Below the pieces are notes generated by a model, which was not told where the DNA came from, made no database searches, and was given only the letters and a program-made list of their open reading frames with translations. Both the position numbers and the translations under genes were made by a program. A DNA stretch of 63,469 nt, counting the filler, from Choristocarpus tenellus KU-1152 (taxonomy: Eukaryota > Protista > Phaeophyceae), in NCBI GenBank assembly GCA_964200185.2. It is 8 parts of 8 records of this genome, joined end to end, with 100 filler letters (N's around TTAATTAATTAA, not from the genome) between each part and the next. Parts side by side here need not be neighbours in the genome. Positions count along the whole stretch, not along the records: positions 30,549 to 43,511 come from CAXNAD020001634.1; positions 43,612 to 47,662 come from CAXNAD020016472.1; positions 47,763 to 53,716 come from CAXNAD020009323.1; 5 more parts are not named here. One strand, 5' to 3'. Each line of letters begins with the position of its first letter. Position 1 is the stretch's first letter. Shown in pieces: positions 38,401-51,873 of this stretch.

Positions 38401-41400
38401 TAGTAGAAGTGCATGTGCATTGTGTGCGGTGACTGTATTCGATGATGAATCTACTCCTATGTATTTAATTCCTCCCTGTAGACCATTTTACCTCACTTCG
38501 TGTCTTGAACAAAAAAATATTACTAGCACAACATGTGAACGCTATAGAATTTTCAGTGTAGTTCCAATACCCTCAGCGTGTGAGTCGTTTTAGGTCTGGT
38601 TTGGTTTGGTTTAGTTTGGTTCACCCCAACACGGATTCGGAGGAGTTCCACATATGGGCAACGACCATCATCTAAGACATTTGTGAGATGATCTCAGCTC
38701 ATGCGTGAACCATGGGTCAGTTACATCTGTGCCAAACTGTTGACCTTTGATCATGAATATTCGACAGTAGTCCCATGAGACCAAACAAATATTATTGAGC
38801 CTATAGATTGTGTTATGTTGCTTGCTTGGTAGGAACTGACCGGACCTTGCCTTATTCCTGCTAAGCCATGAGATCCATTCGAACAGGATATTCTCTTCAA
38901 CTTTGCTCCTTGATATTGTTTCAATTGCTTCTCTTTGAGCGAGCTGCGATGGAAACCGTTTATCAAATGATACAAAAAAATTACAATGTAGACGACCCCA
39001 TATTGCTTTACACCTGTACACTCAGTGTGGCCGAGTTAGTAGTCTTCTGCACCATTCTTCATTCCTCATTGACTGAGTCGCATATGCTCCACTCCCACAC
39101 GGATTCCTAAAGCTCTTGCGCACCTCAGCGGGCTTGCCGCAACTCTTTATGATCTTATCTTAGATCGTAGGCTCTTGAAGACCAAGTGATTGCTCACTAA
39201 TGCCCCTCCGTCGGTCCTCTCCTAATGTACGCACCCCGTCGAATCTCAGACAATTCGAGCCAAACAGGGTTCAGGATGCGGTAGAGTTCCTGGAGGCGAT
39301 GGTTAGGCTCGTTGAAGCGGAGACTGAGGGCAAGATTGGGGGAGGGCGGTTATTAGGACAACTCAATATTCAGATCAGGGTGAGAGATGACAACCAAAGA
39401 ATTCGATGGAGACACAGAGAATTGAGTTTGGTCACATTGTGGAAAGCTTGACGTCAGTGGCTGACTGGCCTAGAATCAATGAGATATAACTGTCTGAGGA
39501 TATGGTCCACAGCACAAAATTACACCTTTCGGTCCTCTGCTCTACTTGATCACTGTGCCCCAATGGGGCATGACTACACGTTAGCCAATGTAATCAATCA
39601 GCGAGCCCTTCTGTGTACCCGAGAAGCTGCATAGTATGGTATCACTTTTGAGCAGTGCCCTGGCTTCATGGTGAGTTTTTTTCTTGCCAAGGCGGTATTC
39701 TCCTTGGCTAACAGGCTGCAAAATTTCCACCAAAGGAAAGAAGGCCCGATGCTTGAAATCACACAGCGCGATTGAACCTAGCTCCAACCGTACCACACCT
39801 TCTAGGAATCTACTGAAAGCGGCCAAGAACCAACAGGGATGCTGCAACCCTGATAGCTATACCCCCTCTCTGTTGGTTGTTGATCCATCTTTTGATAAAA
39901 TTTATGGAGATTAGAGTCAGGACCTTGATTTGGCAGACCCTGGCCTTTGGAGAGGTTTCATTAATAATTTTGAAATATTCCTAAGATTGCTGTCCTTCAA
40001 AGCTCCTAATAGTTATTGATGGGAGTGCTATCCATTCTGACCCTGCTTTTGATTAATCTCTTGCTTGTATGTGTAGTTTCCATAGCTGTTGGTAGTAAAC
40101 TTGAGATACAAAAAAATGAAAAAAAAAAACTTGGATCAAATTTCTGGCCACTCTTGTCTGAGATGTATCAGAATCAATGTACTCGCTGAGAGAGCAGTGT
40201 CTACTGTTGCGAATCGTACTCCTTCTCAATTATGTACCCTGAATCGAATTGGATAGTTTTTGCATGTGCTCGATAATGGTCAAAACGTGCGTGCAGCACA
40301 CGAATCACGGCGTACGAGTCGTTACGCTCCGTGAGCAGATTTCGCAGCTCACATTCGCACCAAGAACGACCGATCGAACATTTCATTTCCCCTAATTTCC
40401 GGTTTCAATAAATAACGACCCAATCTATTTGCATCAGATCATAACGATCTAAACACCAACAATGTCACTGTATTCAACCAATGGCATCAGTGGAAGCCAA
40501 GAACTCTTTTGCCGATTGGCATTACATCAAACTTGCCATAACCCCGCCCCCTTACATAGTAGTGGTGCTGGCATCACGCAAAACTTGCCAGATCCATGTG
40601 ACTGCGCTGGTGTGTACTGCAGCATACGACTTGGTTGTTACTCTACTTCCATTTCTCCCATGCTTCTTCTGTTCGCAACTGGTATCTGAGTGAGGGAGGC
40701 CCCACTGCTGGATCTCGGTCCTGTTTTGCTTTCCTTTGAGGAATTGGACCTTGGCGCTGGCTCTGTTGTTTGTAGGAATGAATGGGTATACGTGATAGCT
40801 GAACCTTGAAGCTGACCTCCATTGTTCTGTCCGGCTTGACCAGTCTTCCTATTTCACAACTCATTGTGTGCTCATCCTTCATATCATGCGTTGGTAAATA
40901 TTTTTCTTGACTGACATTGCCCCCTCTAATGCATCATGCTCACTCTGCAATACGTGTACCAGACACACGCTGGGATGCAATATAACCAGTGTTAAAAACA
41001 TTCTTCGAAACCCTTCTCAGCTAAGGCGACAAGCCTCTTCACAGAGCATGCATTCTTCATTTGGGCGTCTCAATGAATGATCACATATATCACATCAACC
41101 AGTCTGATTGAGTAAGACATGCCGTCAGACGTACCAGAACACATTTCACATCAACCATAGTCTGGTTGAGTAAAACATGCCATCATACGTACCAGAACAC
41201 ATTTCACATCAACCATAGTCTGGTTGAGTAAAACATGCCATCAGATGCACCAGAACGAATTCACAGGTGTTTGTTGCACTATGACACACACCTTTCTCTA
41301 AACGCACTAACCACAGCACAACCAAACACACTTCACATCAACCTTTGTCTGATTGAGTAAACTTGTCATCAGTCCTACCAGAACAAATTCATCGGTGCTT

Positions 41401-42442
41401 TGTTGCACTATGATACCCTTTGTCACAAACTAGACACAGCACAACAATGCACAACAATGCGCAACACATACGAACTCAACTTTCAACACCTAATGTGCGC
41501 ACAAGAAACATAACAGTTATTGGAAATATAATCATTCCAAGTGCTGGGTACAATATCTGCATGTTCACAAAACGTACTTTCAATCTCTAAAGGATGTGTA
41601 TCAAATCACCTCTCTTGACCTTCAGAAAATAATCTGGTGCAACGGATGCCAGGCACGGAGTGGGCCCCATTCGCTTGATGACTTCATCTTGAGACTATCA
41701 CCTCAAGCGTGTGCGGCAGAAGGCAGCGCCCCTCCCCCTCTCGAATCATTGATTCGGGAGTATACAAAAGAAGAGGTGAGTACCTCTTAGGAGTTGCTGA
41801 TAAGATCAGACACTGCGTGCATTGACAATGGGACAGTGGGGGTGCATCAAGAGTTGGGAGGTGAGGCGTAGGAGGGTAATCTTTTCATGCTGTGAGCAGA
41901 TTCATGTGGTCATTGACCCGATCCAAGTCATTGCTGCCCTGAGTCAAAGTAAATGAGAGGTACCCGGAGATGCATTTTATGGATGCTGACAAATATGTGC
42001 TTTTTCAAGAATGCGTTTAGGAGATTTCTTGTGCTCAAAATTTTCAAACAATAGAGAGAAATGAACACTCTCAAGTCAAACTTAGCACTTCATCCATACA
42101 AATATGAGCGAATAGCAATAGATTGAAAACCAGACATGAAATGCAAAACGGCCAAAACCTGGGTACCTCTCGTTTGCTTTGACTCCCTGGCGCCTTTTGA
42201 TCTTCCCTTCCCAGGATATGGGAGATTGCACATGTGCACAATGCGGTAGCCAAAGAAGCTGCAAGATTTACATTACGAAAGTTCCCAAGGTGTTGTTTAT
42301 CCAAATAAACCGTTTTGTGTGCACAAAGGAAACAGAGCGTACAAAAGCACTTCGTCACAAGGTGGCAATCCCCCAGCAACTTGACCTCGCACCGTTGATT
42401 GAGAGCATTGAGGGCGTTCTCTCCAGTCCACAGGAGAGAGAG
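35499..42442 (+). CDS. Ubiquitin-specific protease (peptidase C19), divergent and incomplete
   Basis: Phase-consistent exons: 35499-35968 (E/K/R coiled coil), 36289-36373 (Cys box GFLNPRGANRCYVNAILQ), 37316-37394, 37887-37986, 39250-39379 (FEPNRVQDAVEFL), 41593-41775 (CNGC...LESLIREYTKEE), 42215-42442 (CAQC...VPKVLFIQINRF...VAIPQQLDL). The His box was not found before the contig end at 43511. Possible upstream exons are 31655-31770 and 32685-32739. Confidence 0.85.
41090..41445. repeat. ~58-bp tandem minisatellite (3 units plus a detached 4th) in a USP intron
   Basis: Units start at 41090, 41146, 41204 and 41333. Units 2 and 3 contain the hairpin tcaacca-tagtc-tggttga; units 1 and 4 carry variants of it. 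Confidence 0.9.
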
Positions 42443-43393
42443 GTAAGTCTCACATCCCCATTTGTTGTGGTCTAATAGGGAAGATGACTATATTACTGAA
42501 CAAGCAGCATCAGGAAAAAGCAGTTGTGGCCTTGGGATCAGTCACTACCCTTGAATATATTGGCAAGGTGCAACTTTGAGTAAGATTACCAAAGCTTGTG
42601 GCAAGTGATTCCTTGTTGTGAGCGATGACATGAATGTGAATATTGGTTGTGAGCAGAACTTAATAATCGTTGTGGCTACTGCAGTGTTGAGGTTATTGAT
42701 GCTTAAGGTGTCAAATACTGAGGGCAACATCGTCTATCACCCTACATGTCACATCCAAGGGATATACATATACATATAGATATATACACATCTCTGATGC
42801 TCTGATTAGATCATTTTCATGGATAGCATCAATAATCCAGCGATGAGCCACAACAAGGGTGAGCAATCAAGTTTCACGGTTTTGACAAGGCAGAAAGAAG
42901 CGAGGAGGAAGAGTTCTTAAAAATGGGCGGTGTATTGAATTTGATAGTTCTAGACTCGATTGTGTTGGTGTGTATGGGATAGGCATGGTGTGATCTGCCG
43001 GTTTAAAGGGAAATGTTCTTACGCTTGGGTCCTACATGATGTGGCAAAGGATTTTTGGTGACCTCCTTCAGCGGTTGCGCATATAGAAGAGCTTGCACGG
43101 TGAGTTTCAAACGAGGTGGTACTTTGTAGCCAGGTAGATGTTCCTTCGACCATTGTACCTCAAACTATATTATTTGGTGCCCAACGTTGGTCAGTACCTT
43201 GCCCCTTGGAATCTTATTTGATCGAGTCTGTGAGAAACGTGCATTGAGATGCTGAAACCTTGCAAAATAATGATCGTGTATTGATCACTGCAGAAATATA
43301 CTCAAAACTGCCATTTGCACATGAGGAGCTTTGTCAAACATAGTGCAGAGATGCTTTCAGTGCTGAGCAAGAGTGCCTATCAAATATGGCGGA

Positions 43394-43511
43394 CACATAC
43401 ATAAATACATACATATACACACACACACACGCATAAACACACACCCACCCACACCCACACACATACATACATACATACATACATACATACATACATACAT
43501 ACATACATACA
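43394..43511. repeat. (CA)n/(CATA)n microsatellite at a contig end
   Basis: Directly visible. Confidence 0.95.
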
Positions 43512-43613
43512 NNNNNNNNNNNNNNNNNNNNNNNNNNNNNNNNNNNNNNNNNNNNTTAATTAATTAANNNNNNNNNNNNNNNNNNNNNNNNNNNNNNNNN
43601 NNNNNNNNNNNAT

Positions 43614-43873
43614 GAGTCAAAGTATCTTAGAGGGAAGGGCCTTGTCCATTTGAGGGTCAAAATCCAATGTTGCGATTTTGATGTAATTTTGGCTATCGTG
43701 TTTGTTGGGACGCGTCAATATCCTTATTTCGGACACACCTTTTCATGACGTATATATTTTTACTACTGCGAAACGTTTCGGAGTAGAAAAATGTAATAAA
43801 AATACGCCATGGGAAGTCAAGCCCCAAATGGAAAAACAGGGCAAAACTCGTACCCTCTAAGATTCTTTCAGTC
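43614..43873. mobile_element. MITE family A, copy 2
   Basis: Ends gagtcaaagtatcttagaggg / taccctctaagattctttcagtc; aligns with the other family A copies. Confidence 0.9.
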
Positions 43874-46194
43874 AATTGCCAAATCCTACGGAAAGGCCAA
43901 CGAAGATTGGCATATATAGTGATCGGCGGGTTATAAAGAACATGTCGTGAATGTGCGACTGAATGGTTTGGGGGAAAGATTGGATTGTAAAATCCGATAC
44001 AGTGCCGCGTTGAACGGGTGATGCCAACAGGCCAAGTACAGATATCCAACGATCATCCTTTCCCATAACCATCTTCCAACGCCAGTATGAGGTGCTTGGT
44101 TGAATATAAACGAATTCGGAAATAGTACACAAGCCTTACATTCTTAGCCTCTAAACGTTTGTAGGACAAGGAGGAATCGGCGCAGGTTCTAACTGTGTGT
44201 AGGGGCATACAAGAGGAAAAATATACAGGTGAACACCAAGGGTTGAGGTTGAATGGTTGAGTTTACGCATGATGCGGCGTGTTGCTATTGAAGCTAGGAT
44301 AGGGACGTCGATAAGGTAAATCATTCATAATGCGTGGTGGTGTTTGCTGAGAGTGGGGGATGAGATTTGTCTTATGTGCGCTTGGGTTGAATGCTCTGGA
44401 ATGACTGTGCACATTTATTCCGTCAAACTCACTTGTTGTCTGCTGCTTTTGACATCCTCAAGTCCAGCCATTGCTACGCTTTTCCGTGTTTTTCCTTTGC
44501 AGTGGGGTGATGTGGGCGCATTGCAAAGCGGGCGACGGAAACCTGTAGGGTAGGAGAAGGCACGTTTTGCGTTTAGCCACTGGCCCGGATGAAGGGGTTG
44601 CCGCCACGGGTGGGTTGATTCCGGTCTCAATGACCGTGCACCTCCTTCTCTCGTAGAGAATAGGGTCAGCTGTTTATTCACCTCCCACTGATACAATGAG
44701 ATATTCGCATACGTATATCATGTACATACGTATACGGATGATGTTTTGTGATTTGGTACAAAATCTAACACAAGATACATATTAACAATATATCAATCTG
44801 CATCCGTTACGTATTGCACTCCTTCTCATATCAACATCCAATCAGCTTTCATTCCTTCATACCTTCCATGAAAATACCTGTGTCATTGAATGTCGATACG
44901 AATATTGATATGTTTTTCATATTTTGCAGAACACTAATATGTCCTTTCAAACACATCCTAAACTCATCCCAGCAACGCACTGTTTTTCAGAAGATATTTT
45001 TTTGGGTAGTTGTTTGTTGGAAATATGTGAGGCACTCATTTTGTGGTACGATTGGATGCCATACAGACATGTGTGCGCCGATACGACGTGATCGGAACTT
45101 GCCGTTATCCACCAATAGAACAGGACACATATCAACATATACCATATCCATGTTTGAGAGAAGAGTAAGAACCACTGTCTCTCAGCCGAGATTACGTTGG
45201 CTCTTTGATCCTACATATCATTCTTTCATGCAACAATCCACTTTGGAAGTATGTCAGAGGTAGTACGACAGATGTCAGAATCCCATGTCGCAGATGGAAT
45301 CACATATCCATATATTTATATTGTTCTATTCTCTAATACTGAGGTATCGAACTAAATCACCTTCGCCATATCCACGATACCCACTCCAAGTTAACGTTGA
45401 ATCACTTTCTCGATTAGTGACAACTTCCTCCAACATTTTCGTTCAATAAAAGAAGAATAAAGTGTCTAAATGGAACAATTGGAATATGATTATGTACCCG
45501 AAACTGGCTGCATTCCCTCACTCCCATAAAATCTACCCCAACGTAAGGAATTCTTATTGTATATATATAGGAAGAAAAAAATGGCAAATCTCACAAAGAG
45601 AAACCGTCCATTACACTCGCCCCACATCGAGTCATTCACCCCTTTGAACCAGGCACAACGAGCAGCAACACAGGCAAGGCAGAACATCTAACCAACCTTT
45701 GCACCTCCGTTCGCGGGAAGGACAACAACCATCGCATCTCACACGTGGGATGGACATTCCAGGGCCGTTTCGAGACCTTACCAACGCATGGGTTCCAGTC
45801 GCCGACTCCCAAAGCACACATCCCCCAATGCCAAAAAGGTATGGCTCGCCCTCCATCACCACTTCCCATACGCCCATTCAATTTGGGGCCCACCATGAAA
45901 TACGGGAATAGTTCGTCAATGATCCATACCAAACTAGAAGATTTCCGCACCGTACTACATGACATTGAACCAATATCTTAAAAAAAAGTAAAGAATGACG
46001 ACGACACGTCGTATGCCATCATCATTAAAGCCTCACATATTATAGCAAATCCGTAGGGTTAAGGTACATCCATTTGAACAAGACCCTAACACTAAACCCC
46101 CACCTCTATCCATTAACCTGACTCAAACATACCCGACCTTTTTCTAATGGGCACACAACAAATTCAAAACAGTTCTTTGGGAAACCACACGTAA

Positions 46195-46385
46195 TTTGTT
46201 TTTCGTCAAACACACACCCAATGCGCATTTTCTCTCAAAATACGTCGGCCGACATATTTTGGTAAGTAATTCAACAGACCAGACATATTTGTTTTTCGTC
46301 AAACACGCACCCAATGCGCATTTTCTCTCAAAATAAGTCAGCCGACACTATAAAAGTAACAATTCAACAGACCAGACTTCATTTG
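46195..46385. repeat. ~93-bp tandem duplication
   Basis: tttgtttttcgtcaaacac.cacccaatgcgcattttctctcaaaata...ttcaacagaccagac occurs twice. Confidence 0.9.
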
Positions 46386-46670
46386 CTTATCATCAAAAAC
46401 AACCCCTATACACACATACTTTTATCCGGACAATTGAACTAGAGGAAATTGTGTAGCACATCCATAAACACGTCTACCTCAAATATGTTTTTGTGGGTAA
46501 AGAGCATACTCTATGCGTTTCGTCAAGGACACGAGAATTTTTTTTTTATGGTTCCCGTGCATTGGATGCAATAACAAACACATGTTCCTCATCTCTTCTG
46601 AATTAAATATCTCATCCGGCATCCCGCCCAGACAGCTTAATTCTCTCCACTCCTCTATCCCTCTTTTCAG

Positions 46671-47249
46671 GAAGCGGGGGGTTGGTAGACGAACCACTAG
46701 CAGCACTCTCCGGTCATGGAAGAAGTCCAAGATGGATAAACTCCTCCACCTATTCTGCTCCATGCTTGTCGACCAATATGGGCAGAACGAGGGAGAAGGA
46801 GACAGATACACCTGGAAGGACCTCGCCGCTTGGTTTTTGGACGAGGATAAGAAGTTTGCGCCATTGGCAAGGGCACTGCGAGAGTTAATGTCGAGGAGAT
46901 ATGTACATCTGCAACCGACATGCAGGTCAGGACCTTCCTCGAATTGTTGAAGAAGTACCTTAACACAGAACACACTCGACAGGTGTGCAACTCAATCCTC
47001 ACGGCCATTGCTCCCGATTTTAAAGTGCTCGACGACGGGGTGACGTCCACGTACCAACCCAGTCTGTCCAACACGGCCAAGAGATACAACATCAAGATCG
47101 ACACCCTCAGATCCTCGGCAGTAAAGCGCACAGAATTCATCCATGATAGGGAGTGCTTTAGTGCTATGTCCGTAGATGGTATTGGAGAGTCATGTCCCAC
47201 TTCCGACACAGAAGACGTACATGCCTCTGCACCACCCCCCACCAAGCAA
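46671..47249 (+). pseudogene. Frameshifted coding segment of unknown family
   Basis: Two overlapping ORFs (MDKLLHLFCSMLVDQY...KKFAPLA and ...VNVEEICTSATDMQVRTFLELLKKYLN...PPPTKQ) join by one frameshift near 46870. They lie between an acceptor-like cttttcag and a donor-like gtaagg. Confidence 0.4.
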
Positions 47250-47279
47250 GTAAGGGTGTCCACCCCAATGGGATATGTT

Positions 47280-47425
47280 TTTCTAAAGCTAAGGCTCGAA
47301 CCCAGAAATCCAGCAAAACCCGAAAAAACAATATCTACCACCAGGCCAATGGAATAAGTTTTTTAAGCTAAGGTTCGAACCCAGAAATCCAGCAACCCCC
47401 TAAAACAATTTCTTCAACCAGGGTT
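47280..47425. repeat. ~77-bp tandem duplication
   Basis: aagctaagg(c/t)tcgaacccagaaatccagcaa occurs twice. Confidence 0.85.
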
Positions 47426-47592
47426 CGAATATGGAACGCCGTATCCTATACACTCCTAAGAAATTTTCAACACATCACCAAAAAAAACAAGCAACATCCA
47501 CCCCTTCATCCAAAATCCCCTCCTTCTTCTCGGTCGTGATTGTTAGGTTGGACAAGGACAGGGCAAGGATATTCGACGCAACAAGAGACAGT

Positions 47593-47662
47593 GAGCCAAA
47601 GTATCTTTGAGGGTAGAGCCGCGTCCATTTGGGGGTCAAAATCCAATGTTGTAATTTCGATG
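47593..47662. mobile_element. MITE family A, left end cut by a contig break
   Basis: gagccaaagtatctttgagggtagagccgcgtccatttgggggtcaaaatcc. Confidence 0.85.
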
Positions 47663-49777
47663 NNNNNNNNNNNNNNNNNNNNNNNNNNNNNNNNNNNNNN
47701 NNNNNNTTAATTAATTAANNNNNNNNNNNNNNNNNNNNNNNNNNNNNNNNNNNNNNNNNNNNCCTCCCAGATAATTTGGGTCCTTAGTCTATTGGTGTGT
47801 GTTAGGAATATCTCTTGTCCCAACCCAACAGCCTTGTTAAGAACATCATCCAAGGGGAGGGGTGTCAGGTTAATCTAATGGTAAGATGGAAGAAACGGTA
47901 CTCTTGAACGGTCATGGTTACTTCCTTGCGAGAGGGAAAAGGAACTGCTGCTGCCACCTGTGCACATACGCATTCCCATAGTATAGTCACCGTGCTGGTT
48001 CCTCGTGAAATGATGCAGGAGGTTGTGCATACATGTGTGATGTGGCAACAGACCTGGTGTCGATTCAGTTCAGTTACTTAATTGTTTGCATTAGGCACAG
48101 TACAGTTGAAGCATCCACACATTACCCGCAATATAGGGGATCTCTGTGTGATAAAGCATGTTTGGAGTGGATGTTGTTCACTTCGAACTACAATCCATGC
48201 TGAGGTTTGAATGCATCCTCCACAGTATAGGAATAGCGGTAGCGCCTGTTCACAACCAAGGGTGACAGCGTCACGTGCAAGTAGCATTGTGCGAAATTGA
48301 ATTGAACCCGCCAGCTCTCTCCAACTCAAGCACTAGCAAGATGGCTTCCTTGTCATCGTTTTCTGCCCTCTTTGCGAAGCTCATCTTCCCCTGACCCAAA
48401 CGGGGATTTGTTGTTGTCGGGCTGGTGGAGCAGGAAGAGGAGCTGAAGTTAGCAGAGGAGGCTCTCATAGATCAGGTGAGAGCTGCCATGGAGCGAGAGG
48501 TGATAGCGGTTTCAACTCCCTCCCTTCTCCCCCACCATCTCCTCCTTTGGTTGTGAGGTCTGATCTTGTCAAGAGCGATGACAAGAGGGTCAATTTATCC
48601 AACAATACATACTTTGTATAATACATTACGCTTGAAGGGTTAGGGGATGTTACTGGGTGAATACATCCTACTGACTCAATTTAACACACTAGACCACACC
48701 GTTTGTGCACAAGTGGATTGCCAGTTTCACGTCCTGTAGCCCCAAACACTTGTTAGTTCAACTCACAAGCAATGGAATTTATGGGAATAGAACACAGTAT
48801 AAACTTGCCCCATCTCCTTTCTACTATTTTCCCCGCCCCTCTGTCAGCCCCTCTCCTGCCCCCCCAACCCTTCTACCTTTCTCAACATATTTCATTTTCT
48901 CTGATTGATTTACCTAGACCTACTTTCCCGCCAACAGTGGTTTCTTACTATCTTTATATATATCATCTGGCAATGTAGACCTCCAGTTGAACGTTAGGTT
49001 TTTGTTTGTTGTTTGCACCTCACATTCCCATGAAGCGTGCCCTGCCCCTCCCCCCCCGCATTATCTGCCCCAGACCGGTTTCCTTTGACAACATTGAAAA
49101 TGTGGACTTGCATGTTGATATTGGAGCAATTGCTGAAAGACAAGGACAGCAGAGCTGGGGTGGTCACACCAGAGAAGGAAGGGATCCTTTAAGACCTAGT
49201 GACTGCACACTCTGTCCAGGATCGCTCATCCTAAAAATATTTGGCTGGTTCTGCAAGGGTGGGGGCCAGAGCGTGCAGCCACAGGTTTCCAAGGAGTCCT
49301 TCCTACTCCGCTGTGAGCGCCTCAACTTTGTCACCTTTGCCTGCCAGCAATTGCTTCAATGCCCACAAATGCATTCTATGAGGAATTGGCCCACCTCCTT
49401 TCCATTGTTCATGATATCTGGATCACACACATTCTAATACCACCATGAGATCCAAAGAACACATATGCTATGGGCACTTAAGTTCAGAGAGACAAGACAA
49501 CGGCTGCAGTATTGCACATCACAATGCTTGTGCATCCATACAGAGTATTTATTCCATTAGAGCTCTAGTTGTGTTCGGGTCGGCAGATGGCCTTTTTTTT
49601 TTAGAAAGGTAAGGATTCTGTATACTCTGGAGTACCTTTCTCTTTGCACCGTCTCATTTACATCAAGCTTCCAATAGTCCACTACAACGAAATGTTTTTT
49701 TCGAAGGCTTATGGACCTGCACAGTGCCCTACTCGTATATGTTGAGTATAGATCCGTTTGAGGCCCCATCAGGCAAA

Positions 49778-50037
49778 GAGCCAAAGTATCTTAGAGGGTA
49801 GAGCCGCGTCCATTTGGGGGTCAAAATCCAAGGTCATAATTTCGATGAAATTTTGGCCATCGTGTTTGTTAGGAAGTGTTAATATCCTTGTTCCGGACAA
49901 ACCTTTCCATAACGTGTACATTTTACCTACTCCGAAACATTTTGGGGTAGGAATATGCCATAAAAAGAGACCATGGGAAGCCAAGCCCCAAATGGACAAA
50001 CAGGGCAAAACTCGTACCCTCTAAGATACTTTCACTC
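49778..50037. mobile_element. MITE family A, best-preserved copy
   Basis: TIRs GAGCCAAAGTATCTTAGAGGGTA / TACCCTCTAAGATACTTTCACTC. Confidence 0.92.
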
Positions 50038-51562
50038 AGATATTCTGGCACACATGACCAAAGACCCAACCAAGTGACGAGGCAATCCTGCCGCTTGAAG
50101 GAAAAGCTTGCGGATGCGGAACTTCGAGCGGTAAGGTAAGATTTGTCTCCCCCCCTCTTTGAAGAAGCTCAGTAGTGAAATCGTCATCTACGCCCTTGCT
50201 GCACATCACTCTGAAACAGTTCTGAGGGAATGGACCTGTTTCTGTCAAGTGCACATCAAACAAAAGGAATAGGACCTGTGCGCAGGTATCAAGATGCCGA
50301 GACACCACAATTTGGAAATGTTGAAAGGAATCAAAGAATGCTTCCACCGTAGAAACAAAGCCAAGTACCACATCGTATATGCTGTACGTGGCACTATCTT
50401 CACTCCAAGTCTGGGACTAGCCCAACCCTTTGATCAGAGGCACTAAGCACTGCACTGCCTCTCATTATATACCAACTGTTGCACTACCACCTTCCATGTG
50501 TGCCTTGCTTCTCGAGCATTGGATTTGCATTCAGCCACCCTACCACCGGTTACTCCTCTTCCTACCTCAAATAACATTATGCCACACTCTGACCTGGAAA
50601 CGTTCCTCATCATGACAGTTCAGATTTTCCCACATTTGTAGAGCAGTGATGGGCAGGATATGGTAGTACAGGTGTACAATCTGTAATGATCGCCACATAG
50701 ACCATGGAAACCGGGCTTTTCTGAAAAAAATATATGGTGGCAGCAACGTACGGACTCACACATACTTAACTTACCTTTGCAGGAGCGCTGGATTTTTACT
50801 GCTGGGCTACATATAGATGCTCAACTATGTTCCATTGATCAACTTTAATCAGGTCTTCCCTGCAGGATGACAATGTTGATAGTGTGTTGTGCGATGAAAC
50901 AAAATCTGTGCAGCTCAACAAATTTCAAGAGAGGGGCTTGGGTCAGAAAAATCGGCCATCGCATACGTTTTGGTGTACCTTGACCTTGTCTTGCAGTTCT
51001 CAATTATCAAATCCCATCCACGCAATGACAAAGAAATATCATTGGGGACAGGTACGAGGTGGACAGAAATGATTTTTAGCCAGATCAAAATGTTTTTTTA
51101 CGCGTCTTCAGGATGCCAGAAAAAGTTTGGTTGATGGTCGCGGAGGGGACAAACAGACAAATTGGAAAGTATTTTCTGTGTACAACACAGTGTCATTTAG
51201 TAAGATCATGTTGCCCCTCATCCCTACCGCCCATGTCCATAGTTGGGAGCTGACGCGCCCAATGTAGCAAAACTCCAAGCCGCAATAGCACATGCCCACC
51301 CATCACAAGCGTGCCTCCATCTGATTATCCACATGTTTCCACCACCAAGGCCTCAGCTACCAGCAGTGAAGTCCTTCATATAGTCCATTCTTCCACATGG
51401 AACACCCGTGCCGTGCACAACCATCCCAGCATGCGCCTCTAAAACTGTTTGTTAGACTGGGAAAGATCTCCACAACGCTGATGGATGACCTGGACAAGAC
51501 AAGGTTGAACCTATCAACCACTCAGGATGCCCTTGCCTCCTCCCAAGAGCGAGTAAGTTTGT

Positions 51563-51873
51563 GACTCGAAGTATTTGGGGGGGGGGGGGGGGGTGCCCGG
51601 CCATCTGGGGCCGAGTTTTTTATAAAGAGCAAAAGGGCGAATATGGTTAAGTAAAAACANNNNNNNNNGGGGGGGGTGGGGTGTTGGTGGTTGGGGGGGG
51701 GGGGGGGGGGGGGGGGGGGGTGGCTGTCCATTTGGGGCCAATTTTTTCATGTCGTGATTTTGGGGTGTCTTGCTTATATACGTCAGATGGATAATGAAAG
51801 CGCAGGTTTCCTGGTTTGGGTCCAAATGGACACCCTGGTGTAGACCTCTCACCCCACCCAGATACTTTGGGTC
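51563..51873. mobile_element. MITE family B, full copy with 4-bp TSD TTGT
   Basis: Ends gactcgaagtatttgggg / cacccagatactttgggtc, with ttgt on both flanks. Contains internal poly-G tracts and a 9-nt gap. Confidence 0.85.

Noticed and set aside
41090-41260. CRISPR-like array
   Set aside because: Whole units are near-identical with no unique spacers, there are no cas genes, and the context is a eukaryotic intron.
44765-45436. Minus-strand frame whose stops are mostly TGA (possible recoding or selenocysteine)
   Set aside because: Several TGAs arise from xxT-GAx codon pairs of a neighbouring, more protein-like frame, and TAG and TAA stops also occur. Frameshifted decay explains it.
49000-51540. 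Decayed coding-like sequence around MITE insertions (also 24340-24940)
   Set aside because: Probably transposon relics, but no diagnostic motif could be recovered, so no call was made.
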